Assembly: GCA_002633005.1 (NCBI GenBank)
Contig: NMRA01000863.1
Coordinates: 1 to 64,000, forward strand
Source: Phoronis australis
Taxonomy: Eukaryota; Animalia; Phoronida
DNA: 64,000 bases
Direction: 5' to 3'
Below are positions 14,272-24,959 of this stretch, one piece after another (position 1 is the first letter of the stretch; every line of letters begins with the position of its first letter). A model generated the notes under the pieces. The model was not told where the DNA came from and searched no databases. It was given only the letters and a program-made list of their open reading frames with translations. Both the position numbers and the translations under genes were made by a program.

Positions 14272-14352
14272 CAGTTTCTGAGTGGTGTAGTGGTAAAGTT
14301 GACTACTCGAAATTCTTGTGAACCAGGTTCGAAACCGGCCTCAGTTCCCGCC
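14272..14352 (+). other. tRNA-derived Pol III promoter-like cassette (not a functional tRNA)
   Basis: A-box-like TGGTGTAGTGG and B-box GGTTCGAAACC at tRNA spacing. No convincing cloverleaf. Confidence 0.55.
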
Positions 14353-15288
14353 AAAATGTTTTCTAACTAATGAGAAAACTAAATGGGTTATTACACTGTT
14401 GTGTTTGCCATTCGAGCCTAATATTGTGGTATAAGGGCATTTATCATAAGTCTGAGGGAGGATAGAAACTTTGTGGTAACCACAGCGTTTTTCTTCACGC
14501 GTATTTCAAAGATCGTGAGTTATGTGATTTTATCTGGCAATTTCCTCACACTGAAAATGAACTGCTCTGTACTAGAGGTTCTGAGATGGTACTTTCATCC
14601 GAAATCGGTTAAAACATATTGTGACGTAATTTCGCTTTGCATGCCTGTGCTGGATTCTTAATTGATGAGCTTTTCTTTAAAAGTATTGCCACTCTCATAT
14701 GAGCTTGAGTTGTTGCTGAATGAACTGGCAACTCAGGTCGCATGTACGCAACTTATTGTATACTATTGATTTCGTCATTTTTGGAAACACCAGTTAATTG
14801 TAAAGTGTTAGCTTGGGCTGCTGATCACTTTTGAAGTTCATGGTAAAGGTAACGAATATCGTGACATCGATTTATCATGAACCATGGAGTAAAAAGTGTA
14901 AGTGTATTACCGTTTTAGCTAAGTAAAGATGGTGGATGGTGTTAAAAGTGGCAAACTGGAGGAACTGCTGGTACTCTCAGGTGATACACCTGTATTTCGG
15001 TCCCCCTTTAAATTAAAATAGGCAACATAGGTGTCGTGAAACAGCTGATGTCAAGTCAGTATTGGGTTTGAGATAACACCGACATCTATAGTGCAGGGTA
15101 GTAAGAGTTTAAACATGTATTCAAAGCATAACATAAGACATGAACTGATGCCTTGGGAACTCGGATCACGGCAATAGACGAGGTAAACCGACTAGTAATC
15201 TATCGAACACTCGTGCAGTTGGATAAGACAGAAATAGAACACGTAGCACGCATCATGTCGATTTATTCGGTATTTTCACATGTTTGAA

Positions 15289-18200
15289 TTATATAGACCA
15301 TAATGCAGTTGGCACGGGCTTGCGCAAACCCATTTTGATTTTATCTCCCTCCTCGTCGCCAGATGACCTTCGGTTAGGGAAGGACATGTCAGAGGCCTTG
15401 ACGTCAGCAGTGAAGACACTGGAAAAAAACAGTTAACGATCTGAGCAGCAACAATTAATAAAGTTGAATAAAAACTTGAACGTGGGGAACTATGAGCATC
15501 AATAACCACGATCTCAACGTCTATTATATCAACGTACAGTATACGATTAAGTATTAAAACTGCATGCGGAGTTAGTCAATAAAAGTACGAATCAGTATAG
15601 CTTACATAAAATAACTTAATAATTAAAGATAATTTGTATAACTGTAATAACTGCGAAGCGATACCGAAGCTAGGTTACAGTGAAACAACACCTGAGACTG
15701 ACAAAAAGTAGCATGAGTAAAAGGGAGTACAAATACTGCCGAAAATAAGAAAAAGACTAACATAGAACAGAATAACATGACACTAAAAATATGTCAATCA
15801 TCGTAACAAGGTGTCGAAATGAGAGTAACTGAAATCTAAGAGGAAAATCAAGCTAACATATGGATTGATAACAACCAAGGAATATACATAAGGTACTCGG
15901 TAAGGTACATAGCAGACGTAATGTATGCTGCATACGCAGGTATATGTAAACAGTAATAGTGACACGTATAGACAGAAATTCATACAGATAATGAACCTAG
16001 AACGGGAATAATGTCTGAATCTTTGGTAGGGACCTACTAATCGATAAATAGGAAGCTGTAGTTTAACTAATTGCAGCGCCACCTACAATACTTTTTCTAT
16101 TACTCTTATAAATACTGGATATAGAAGGCGCTAAACCATTGTAGTGCAAAGAAAGATGAAATGGTGACTTCATTCATAGGTAAATGATGTTTCAGAAGTC
16201 AGTGTTAAGTTCCCAGCAAATTCGTATATTTCAAGCTACCTCTGTTACACAAACAGAAGATAAAGGTTCACAATTTTAGAGACACAAAACAAGCACTAGT
16301 TCAGCAGTTCCCACTATAATCGATGTGCCACCTCCGGGAAGTCAATAAATAACGGCTAGATGAAATTATGATGATCAAGTAGAAAATGCAAGTCAATTGA
16401 CAATTTCTTTAACTAATAGCTGCACCACCTGTAGGCAGGTAGATGACGTAGAACTTATCAACTGGCTCAAAATTTTAGAGTCTCCAAACACGAATTTCAA
16501 CTAATTCAACTATTCCCACTCTTCACTGTGCCATCTGTAGGCAGGTAGATAAAATCATAACCAACAGGCTTACAATTTTAGAGACACCAAACACGCATTT
16601 CAACTAATTCAACTATTGAAACTAATCGCTGCGCCACTTGCAGGGACAGACTCATAGTGATGACAAACATGCAGTCAGCAACAGGGCCACAACTTGAGAG
16701 ACACAGAACACAAACTTCAATTAATTTGACTATTCCCATTAATCGCTACGTCACCAGCAGGCAGACTAATGAAGTACATGACGTCAGCAAAAGGCTCACC
16801 AGATCACAAGTTGAGAGACACAAAACAAGCAGTTCAACTAATTCAGCTATTCCCAATAAAAGATGACGCCACCTGTGGGCTGGTAGGTAAGATGTATGAC
16901 GCCATCAACAAGCTCCCACTTTTAGAGACACCAAACACGCATGTCAACTTATTCAACTATTCCCACAAATCGCTGCACCACCTGCAGGCAAGGCAGTGAC
17001 TCCGGTCTTTCTTTCTCACAATGCCAATAATACCTCAGATAGCGCTACAATTGGTAGAATTACTTGAATTAGTGGAATAGCACAGTGCTGAATAGGTTCG
17101 GAGATGACTTGGGATTCAGATTAGTTGGGTTCAACTAATTCAACTATTTCTAATCGATGCCCACATCATGTGCACAATTTGATAACTTACATGACGTCAT
17201 CCACAAGCTCATAATGTTAGAGACACCAATCACGCATTTCAACTAATTCATCTATTCCCAATAATCGCTGCGCCATCTGACGGGGCAGTTTGAAAACAAG
17301 CATGATGTCAGCAACAGGCTTGCATCAGTGCCGGGTAATGGCAGGATAAGTTGAGATAAGTTGGGATTAGCGGGGTACAACTAAACATTCTAGCATGTAC
17401 GAGGGCATGGGGTAAAGCAACAAGAATCAGGACTGGAAAGAGTGCCCGGTAGGTAGGAGCCCAAAAACGGAGAGTAAGTGAATCAGGACACTGGCAATAC
17501 AGGCGCCCTAGTGAGAAAAAATGGAGGTGAGTGAAAAGGAAACTAGCAATACAGTTCAAAAGAAAATAACGGGGAGCGACAAAAGACAATGCCAACACAG
17601 CAGCGCCCGAGATGAAGATGAGAAGTGAACGTGAAACTGGCTATACATGTACAGTTGCCCCAATATATGATGAAAGGGGTTGGTGAGTGAGACAGGGCAC
17701 TGGCAATGGAGTTGACTCGATGTGGAGAAAAGGTATCATGAGGTTGAGCACTGGCAATACGTGTGTGCATTCAGTTGGCGTCGAAAGAGTCTGGTAATGA
17801 GTGAGTGGGATTGTTAGTAGCGGTAATTAAGTGTAAAAAATACAATTGTAGGCGGTCTGATACACGCTGTACCAGACGTGTGCATGCGTCACATGTGGGC
17901 CCATTACTCTAATCTCCTGGAACGATTTTTAAGCTTTATTAACATGTAGTTAAAACCGATCTGAGGAGCTAGAAACCTGGCTCAAGGGTTTAACAGTGTG
18001 ACATTGTGGGACTCGAACCCACCACCTCGAGTAAAGAAAGCGGGCACTTATCAATCAGGCCGCACTGCCTCCTGGTGGGAAGTGTAAGGATGGGAGACGA
18101 ATGGTAGTTCCTGAGCCCGTCGTGCTTCCAGCCACCCATACGCTGCGTGGTGGAGTCGGGAATTTGCAGGGTAGCGACAGAGAGGTGGCTGCGCAAATTC

Positions 18201-18431
18201 GGAAGCTATGAAATTTGTAGCGTTTAGGATCGAGACCAACGCACCCGAGAACCAAGTTAAGGTGGCGACTAAAGTAAAAGCGAGTTATGTTGGAAGTTAA
18301 GATTCAGCGAAGAAGAAATTACATTTTTATTGCAAAGTGAAGGTACATTGCTGTATCAACAAAATCACTTACGAAGCTGACGAGAACATCACGGTGACAA
18401 TCACAAGGGCAATGATATATACTGGCTTCAT
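15289..18431 (-). CDS. Small secreted peptide precursor, gene 1; complement(join(15289..15418,18373..18431)), 62 aa
   Basis: MKPVYIIALVIVTVMFSSASVFTADVKASDMSFPNRRSSGDEEGDKIKMGLRKPVPTALWSI*. Exon 2 (18373-18466) lies between the acceptor TTCTTTTGCAG and a GTAAGT donor. The phase-2 intron ends at CTGTTTTTTTCCAG. AATAAA at 15262-15267. Non-coding exon 1 at ~22202-22231. Structure conserved in two paralogues. Confidence 0.8.
16250..17290. repeat. Degenerate ~100-120-bp tandem repeat array in intron 2 of gene 1
   Basis: Recurrent TTTTAGAGACACCAAACACGCATTTCAACTAATTCAACTATTCCCA..AATCGCTGCGCCACCTG, about 8-9 copies. Confidence 0.85.
17295..18290 (-). mobile_element. DIRS/Ngaro-type retrotransposon 3' remnant with tyrosine-recombinase C-terminus (18055-18288)
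   Basis: Across frameshifts it reads FSRHLNLVLGCVGLDPKRYKFHSFRICAATS / IPDSTTQRMGGWKHDGLRNY / IRLP, matching the HSFRIGAAT...GRWKS....YIR YR motif. Non-coding tail with repeated TATTGCCAGTG motifs. Confidence 0.8.
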
Positions 18432-19254
18432 TGTAGTCTGCTAGGCTCGTATGGCGATATTTTAGGCTGCAAAAGAATCATGGCATTTTCAGTGTCATGG
18501 ACAGCGTTAAGTATCATACATAGATAGACTTTATAGCTGCATTTCACCTTGTTAAACTGGGGGAAAAGAGGCCTTTCATTCTCATCAAAACCGCCATCTT
18601 GATAATGGTTGACATGAGAGCATTCCAGTCCCGATACAAAACCAACAGGCACTGCATTTACGTATGTCATTGTGGAAGTTCAAAATCTTACATTTTTAAC
18701 CCGCTAAACAGAGCAAAATGCAGCTTTACGCTAATTGTAATCGTTCGTGTGATATTATCAAAGCTTTTTGACATCCTTCCTTCAAGGAGTTGGGTCTCCG
18801 ATTTTGATTCGTGTTGTGATTAATGCGAACTCTTGGCGCATAATCCCAGAAAAAATCCTATGGAAAGCGATACTACATATATATGACCTTGACACAAATT
18901 TGTCTTGTGATACATCTGATATCTCTATAAGAACTTTGTGTTTTACATACAACTTACACATTAACTGGCACATTACTGCGATTGTGTATACGTAGTGGTG
19001 GTGGTCTGGTAAAATACAAAATCTCGGCGAAAGTTCGCAAGAATACGATATATTGGGGTTTGTGATGTTTATTAGTAAATTTCTTTCTATGTACGTGAGA
19101 TATACATTTGACGGAGAATGCTATTCATTACAAATTATTAGGAAATCGACAGAAGGTAACACAGCAGACTTTCGTCCTCACATCATTTCATATTGTACAT
19201 GTACTTCACAATCCCTGTATCAGCCGTTTGAACCATGCGCAGATAACAGAATAA

Positions 19255-20126
19255 ATATAGATTATTACATGGCGAAGTCGTTATCCCCCGTTATCTAGAG
19301 CCCGAGTGGATTTTGGAGAATTATCGCCCGAGGGGCGTTAGCCCCGAGGGTGATAATTCTACAAAATCCACGAGGGCTCTAGATAAGGGGGATAACGACT
19401 GAGAACATGTAATAATCTATTTATACCACATACTAAACGAGAAACATTGCAATGAATCGATCTACCTTTCTCGACTCGCCTCGGCTTTGTAACTACTTTC
19501 TATGTCAGAGGCCCGGGGTCGGAGGTCGTGACCTTTTAAGAAAAGCCGAGCTATTTTTGTCAAATTATACTTATACTCAAAACCAATTGGAAATTTAAAC
19601 AAAATAGAAATGAAGTGAATCTCTAAATTAAGGTTAAGCAACTATTATAGCTTAAAACACGTTTTTTACACGCTAAGCTTCGACCGGGAAATTATCGTCT
19701 GCTAAAGTAGGTTACCACTGGTAACTGAATATAATTCTCAAGTCAAAGATCCTGACGACACGATACCTGCATTCAAACTGGAGATCGGTGATTTACAAGT
19801 AAGAGGACATGAGAGAAAAAATTCACTGAATTAAGATATCATTTTTATGGAAATTATGTGTCTTATTTTTCGTAGCGTATAAGTACAGTACAATGCGGTT
19901 TGTTGAACGTGCGATTATTGCGCGTGCTCATTTAAGTATTCTATTTTCACTCTTGATGACGTCAGTCGCTGCGTGGTGTAGTGATAAAGTCGGCGACCAG
20001 CAATATTAGGGTCCCGGGTTCGACCCCGTCCTCGGTTTCCCGCCAAATCGTTATCTCACTAGTGAGATAACTTTATGGGTTATTACACGGTTGTATCTGC
20101 CATTTGAGGCTAATATTGTGGTATAA
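19255..20126. mobile_element. Hairpin-ended (Crypton-like) non-autonomous element, 872 bp, in intron 1 of gene 1
   Basis: 164-bp palindrome 19257-19420 (loop GTTA), then TTATACCACA...TGTGGTATAA. Absent from paralogous sites at ~12061-12085 and ~36721-36745. ATAA is present on both sides. Confidence 0.8.
19961..20045 (+). other. tRNA-derived Pol III promoter-like cassette
   Basis: A-box-like TGGTGTAGTGA and B-box GGTTCGACCCC. Confidence 0.55.
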
Positions 20127-22201
20127 TACATGTTAGCAAAAGATCCTACATGCGATGACTAGTCGACAAACCGATCAACCGTTAGAAGAAAATCCAGACT
20201 TGGCGATCTTAGTGAAAATCATTCTTTGCCTATGGATATGTGATTTTTATTTGTACGTGTGATGTTGTGATTCGTACCTAAGATGTTGCGGTTTGCAAGC
20301 ATGATGCTCTGTGCTGTACCTAAGGTATCGTGGTTCCGTGGTAAGATTTAATGCAGACGATTTTCATGGGTTCTGGTGTATTGTTCAAAGTTCGTGCGTG
20401 TGATTGTCTGATGCATTGGGTTGCAAACTAAGAAATTATAAATAGCTGATCGATAGTCATTCATAGATAGGAGTTCGTTGTCCGTTTTTATAACCGACAG
20501 ACTCGTTAGTTTCGTTGAATTTGATCGAACTTTTGTATCTAAAGTGAACAATTTATATCGATATTCCTTATCCAATATAGTCAGATTTAACCATACAGTG
20601 ACTTAGGAATGTTCGTTGTGTTTTCTAATTGCTTTCCATTTATCGTAACTGAAAAAATACATCGGTAAAGTATGTGCTTCTTTCAAAATGTGTCTCGAAT
20701 AATTTTTAGAGCTGTTCTATCGGAAAATCCTTTCAATGATCGATAATTTCTCTTGAATATTCCGAGCAATTAGCCATTGTAAATTAAGCTATTTAGAATA
20801 TTTTACCTTCAAGTGCAATGCATCTTCATGTATAACATTGAGTCTACACAGCTACATATTGTGTTTTAATGATTAATTACTTTTAGTGGAGTTTCGGGGG
20901 GGAAACTTTTCGTTTTCTGTTTTGAAAAACAGGTGGACAGATCAGAGGTTTTGGTTTTGCACGAAATTGATGAATTATAAAAGGTAGAAATACGAACACA
21001 GGTTTGCTGAGAACGATCGACTCTCAGTTTACTGAGCGAAGGAAATGGGGCCTTCACAGCTCTATAATCTGGTACAAAGCAACAAGGGCGGAAGGTAGAC
21101 AAGTCTCCTCGATATGTTATTGCCCTAAGGAAACACACACGGGGAATTCGTACATATCCTTCATAAATCACGCGATATAATACGTGAACAAATAGCCTGG
21201 AATTATTCAAATGACGTTCGATAGAAATGTTTATATAGCTTGGACAATTCATGACGGTGAAGAAGTATTATACTCTTTTGGGTTGAAAATGAAAAAAGAG
21301 ATTTTTTTTCTCTGGCGTTGAGACCGACAATTCTTTAAAAAATAGAAACCAAAGAGTTCAATTGCCCAGTGCAAAAACTTATTTTGCTAAGACAAATCCT
21401 AAATTTAGTTGAGATGAAACTTGAATTTCTCCAAAGTCCGTTAAAAGAAAGAGATCTTGAGTTTGATTTGATAGTTTTTTACTTATATTTCGTATTCAGT
21501 TTGTCTTGAATCATACCAGATGTGGAAGATTCAAAGCTTGAAGGTTGAAACAAATCTTAGCCTTAAGTCAAAAATGAACTTAGTCAGTTTCTTGGAACTG
21601 TCGTTTGGCTTAAAAGGACTAACAGTTGAGTTTTTCTTAATTCTTTTGACTGCTACAGAAACCAGCTTTTTCAGTTATCGTTCACAAGAAGTGAGGCAGT
21701 TTACGGGTATTTTTCTAAAGTGCAGACAAAATTAAACATTTTCTAAAAAAGTGACTCCGATTTCTCACAAATACGTGTCTTCGGCGGTTACAGAACTTAT
21801 TGCCCCAATACTCTGATCATCAACTAATAGTGTGAGATAGTTCGAAGCGTCTCTAACTGTTCTCATGTTTGACGATTTCTCTGGCCTCAGCATTGATGTT
21901 GAAAAACAAAAAAAAAATCAGTTCTTGTCGTTCTAAGATACTGAAAAAAATCTTTGGCAGAGAACTGACATCATTGATCAAAAAAGGCGTCTTTTTCTTA
22001 AGGTTTACTATCCAAGTCCACTTGCATAATACGACTGAGAAGAGTCTAACATTTTATCCGTCTCACTCACTCATTGACCAATCAAACCGAACAATGGACC
22101 GCGAATCTGAGATTTCAGTACACCTTTGTTGTCGCCACTGACAGATAGTCTACACATATACAGAGTAAAATTATTTCGAAAATCTAGAAGAACATACTTA
22201 C

Positions 22202-22262
22202 CAAATTGTCGCAACTAGTTTCGAGTCAGTGTGTAGAAACAATGTGATGGTCACTTATATAA
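22202..22262 (-). promoter_or_regulatory. TATA box and non-coding exon 1 of peptide gene 1
   Basis: Minus-strand TATATAAG at ~22254-22261, then a ~30-nt exon ending GTTGCGACAATTTG|GTAAGT. Conserved at 38763-38823 and 52291-52353. Confidence 0.7.
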
Positions 22263-22610
22263 TCTATCAAACAGCGAATACCCGCACTGTACTTATCTTA
22301 ATCTATTCGAACCCACTCGTATCTGCAGCAAATTATTCGATTACAGACGTGTCCTCGAAGAAATGCATGCACGGTGGCTACAAAAACATGGTATTTAACA
22401 TGTATATAATCTATCAAGCTGCTAATATCCCACATCGAAGCCGATCTTAATCTACTCGAACCCCTCGTATCTCCAGCATATTGTTCGATTACTGACGTTT
22501 ACCCGAAAAATTCATGCACAGTCGCTACAAAAACATGGTGTTTAACATTGATATAATCTTTCGAGCTGCTAATATCCTGCATTGAAGCCGGGCTTAATCG
22601 ATTCGAACCT
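22257..22610. repeat. 147-bp tandem repeat (~2.4 units) upstream of gene 1
   Basis: ATATAATC unit starts at 22257, 22404 and 22551. Confidence 0.85.
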
Positions 22611-23014
22611 CAGACCACGCTCACGCATGTAAGACATTTATCTCCAGTTTTTTAGTTTCCAATTTGTTGTCAACAAGTAAATTTAATCGAGTTAAATTAG
22701 GTCTCAATGCATGAGAAAGCCAGACAAGTATGTAAACTTGACGAATTACATATTTTTACTAATATCTAATATGAATGCTTTGAGAGTGGTGAACAACCCC
22801 AATGGTTTATGCTGATAATAGTCGTTTTACAGAAACCTCGATACCACAAATTTCGGGCATGTTAGTCCATGTTCTAAAAATCGCTCATAAAACACAATGT
22901 AATATAATAGGTGCTGCTAGCTCCAGGAGAAACTGATCGTCTGAGATTACAATATGAGCAACATTGTATTGTTTCAAATTGACTTTACTGGAGAGAAAGA
23001 TGGTTTTTCTGATA

Positions 23015-23110
23015 TCAACACCAGCAAGGATTCGAACCATGAACCTTCTAGACCGGTAACGCAGAGCAAGTGTAGATGAATGAGATACAACAGTTGACCA
23101 CGGCGAGCTT
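23015..23110 (-). other. tRNA-derived SINE-like head
   Basis: Minus-strand B-box GGTTCGAATCC (23030-23040). A-box poorly preserved. Confidence 0.35.
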
Positions 23111-23453
23111 TTATCGTGCACCCCAGTATGTACAGAATTAGATGTCTGTCTCTGTACTCAGAGCACCTCATAAAGAGGAGTCAAATTGAACGAGATTAGA
23201 TATTCGAGATACTGGCAAAAACTGATTGAAAATGAACAGTCATGCCTCCCTGAGCACCAAAAGACCCATGACGCAAGAAACCCAGAAAGGACCCCGTAAG
23301 GTCAAACATTCGAGGCACTACAATAGATAATTTCACATGATGAAGTACAGACCAATTAATACACTATGGGAAACAAATTACACTCTTGATTGGGCCCGCC
23401 AGAAATCTCAAAAATGTCACCATCTGTAGTTCAATTTGTGGAGTGATCATACA

Positions 23454-23586
23454 TACACAAAACGTACCGCGAGTGGCGTACATGAGGTAATATCTCACGA
23501 GACATTATTCCGATACGCGAAAAAATATCGAGTGGGATATTACTTCATGTACGCCAATGAAGGTATGTTTTGTATTTATCCCATAC
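23454..23586. mobile_element. Hairpin terminus of a second Crypton-like family (fragment)
   Basis: Arms TGGCGTACATGAGGTAATATCTCAC / GTGGGATATTACTTCATGTACGCCA with an inner GA/GA mismatch, followed by TTATCCCATAC (compare TTATACCACATAC). Confidence 0.55.
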
Positions 23587-24959
23587 ACTTCGAATTCCTA
23601 AGTTTCTTTCATTTTTTCCCCAGATTTTTAAATACAGTTTCTTAAAGATATGTTAGGTGGAAGGAATTAAAATCACGCATTTATTTGCCGGCAGGTTGAT
23701 AGATTTTGCCCCAGCAACATCAAAATATCACCTTTGAGAATGCTGAGCCAATAGTTCATAAAAGTGGCGGCATAGTAAAGTGTTACGTACAGCTTAAACC
23801 TGAAGGAACTACCGTTTCTATGATGTCAAACATGTCTGAAATAGTGGTGGTAACAACAGATCAAACAGTGACATGTATACGTAAAAATGTGATGCCTAGC
23901 TGCGGAAATAGAAGACATTTTGCACTCTGAAAGGACATGATCATTTTGCTCAAACCAAGTCTGTGTTGATAGTTTAAAGGAGCAACAGCCCAAAAGAGCT
24001 TGAATGTCGGCCTTTCGGACTAGAAAAACAGGCACTTTCTCTTTCTATTATATTTCAAGGTAAAATAAGAATTAAAATTACAATTTCGTCATTGTTCTTT
24101 AGTTCAAAGCACACATAAATACAAAGATTGGACGTTCTATTAATGGACGTGAAGCCAAGTGTCTCATGAGGCACCGTTTTTGTGTCGCAGCTCGCAGGTA
24201 CTGTAAGGGAATTAGGTATATTAACCCTTGATACATTGTATTAAAAGCTCATATTGAACGTCGCTGACTTCGACCGTGGCCGTTTTTTCCATACAATCCA
24301 CCTTCAATGAAGCTTAGTTCAAATCACTCTGTTAAATCACAATCAAGATGTTTTATCTAAGAACATTGGCGCCCGCTCCACGTGTTTTGTATGTCCGTTA
24401 ACAGCTGTTCTAATGACCCGGTGACCGCAGCCGACTAGTTCTCGAAAAATGTTTTCACTCAAAGTTCAAGTTAACGCAATTTTTTCATCGTGGAACGATC
24501 CCCAGTTCTTTGAAAAGGAATGCTTTCAACAAAAGAAAAAAATGATTACACTGTTGGTATTTTCACTTTAGATGTAGGTCGAGAGTAAAATATTGCAGTC
24601 GGAAGTCAGTTCTTGGTGGCAAACTAAAAACGGGTATAGTTATGTTTACAAACATTACAATGTTTGCCGATACTTCAGAAATAATCAATTTTGGAAATTT
24701 TTGCACGTCTAAACAAGATTTTGAATCTCAACCTTCTCGTTTCCAAAAAGTAGGCCTACTCTGCATCCACAGCTGTCATGACGTTTCTCAAAATATCGTT
24801 AAGGCTGAACCCCTTTAAAATCTTTTTGGAACAGCACTCGCTGACCAGTATGGAAAGCCCGATTAAAACATTGAACCATAAATGAGATGATTTTAAAATC
24901 TTTGAGGACTATGCTGTATTAGCACTTTGCTAAACCTGAAGAAATTCTATTTTACTCGA

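Larger units (their letters stand above)
12967..14434. mobile_element. Hairpin-ended (Crypton-like) non-autonomous element with nested Kolobok-like insertion
   Basis: Begins ATATAGATTATT with a long palindrome (centre deleted), then TTATACCACA, and ends TGTGGTATAA. Homologous to 19255-20126. Confidence 0.7.
12846..22617. repeat. Segmental duplication copy A (~9.8 kb), containing peptide gene 1
   Basis: Colinear with 29492-39177 from ACAAGGCAAAG to CAGACCA. Several track ORFs are duplicated (15798-16082 is identical to 33308-33592). Confidence 0.95.

Noticed and set aside
14272-14352. Functional tRNA gene
   Set aside because: A and B boxes are present, but acceptor and anticodon stems do not pair properly, and it lies inside a repeat.
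15798-16082. 94-aa ORF identical in both duplicates
   Set aside because: The identity is explained by the 1-kb identical tract. It has a non-ATG start, is intronic and has no recognisable motif.
16250-17290. CRISPR-like repeat/spacer appearance of the tandem array
   Set aside because: Units are ~100-120 bp and related along their whole length, with no unique spacers, no cas genes and a eukaryotic context.
18428-18670. Track ORF MTYVNAVP... (and 35927-36169, 48824-49045) as proteins
   Set aside because: These are off-frame or intronic overlaps of the real signal-peptide exon and are not conserved in frame among the three copies.
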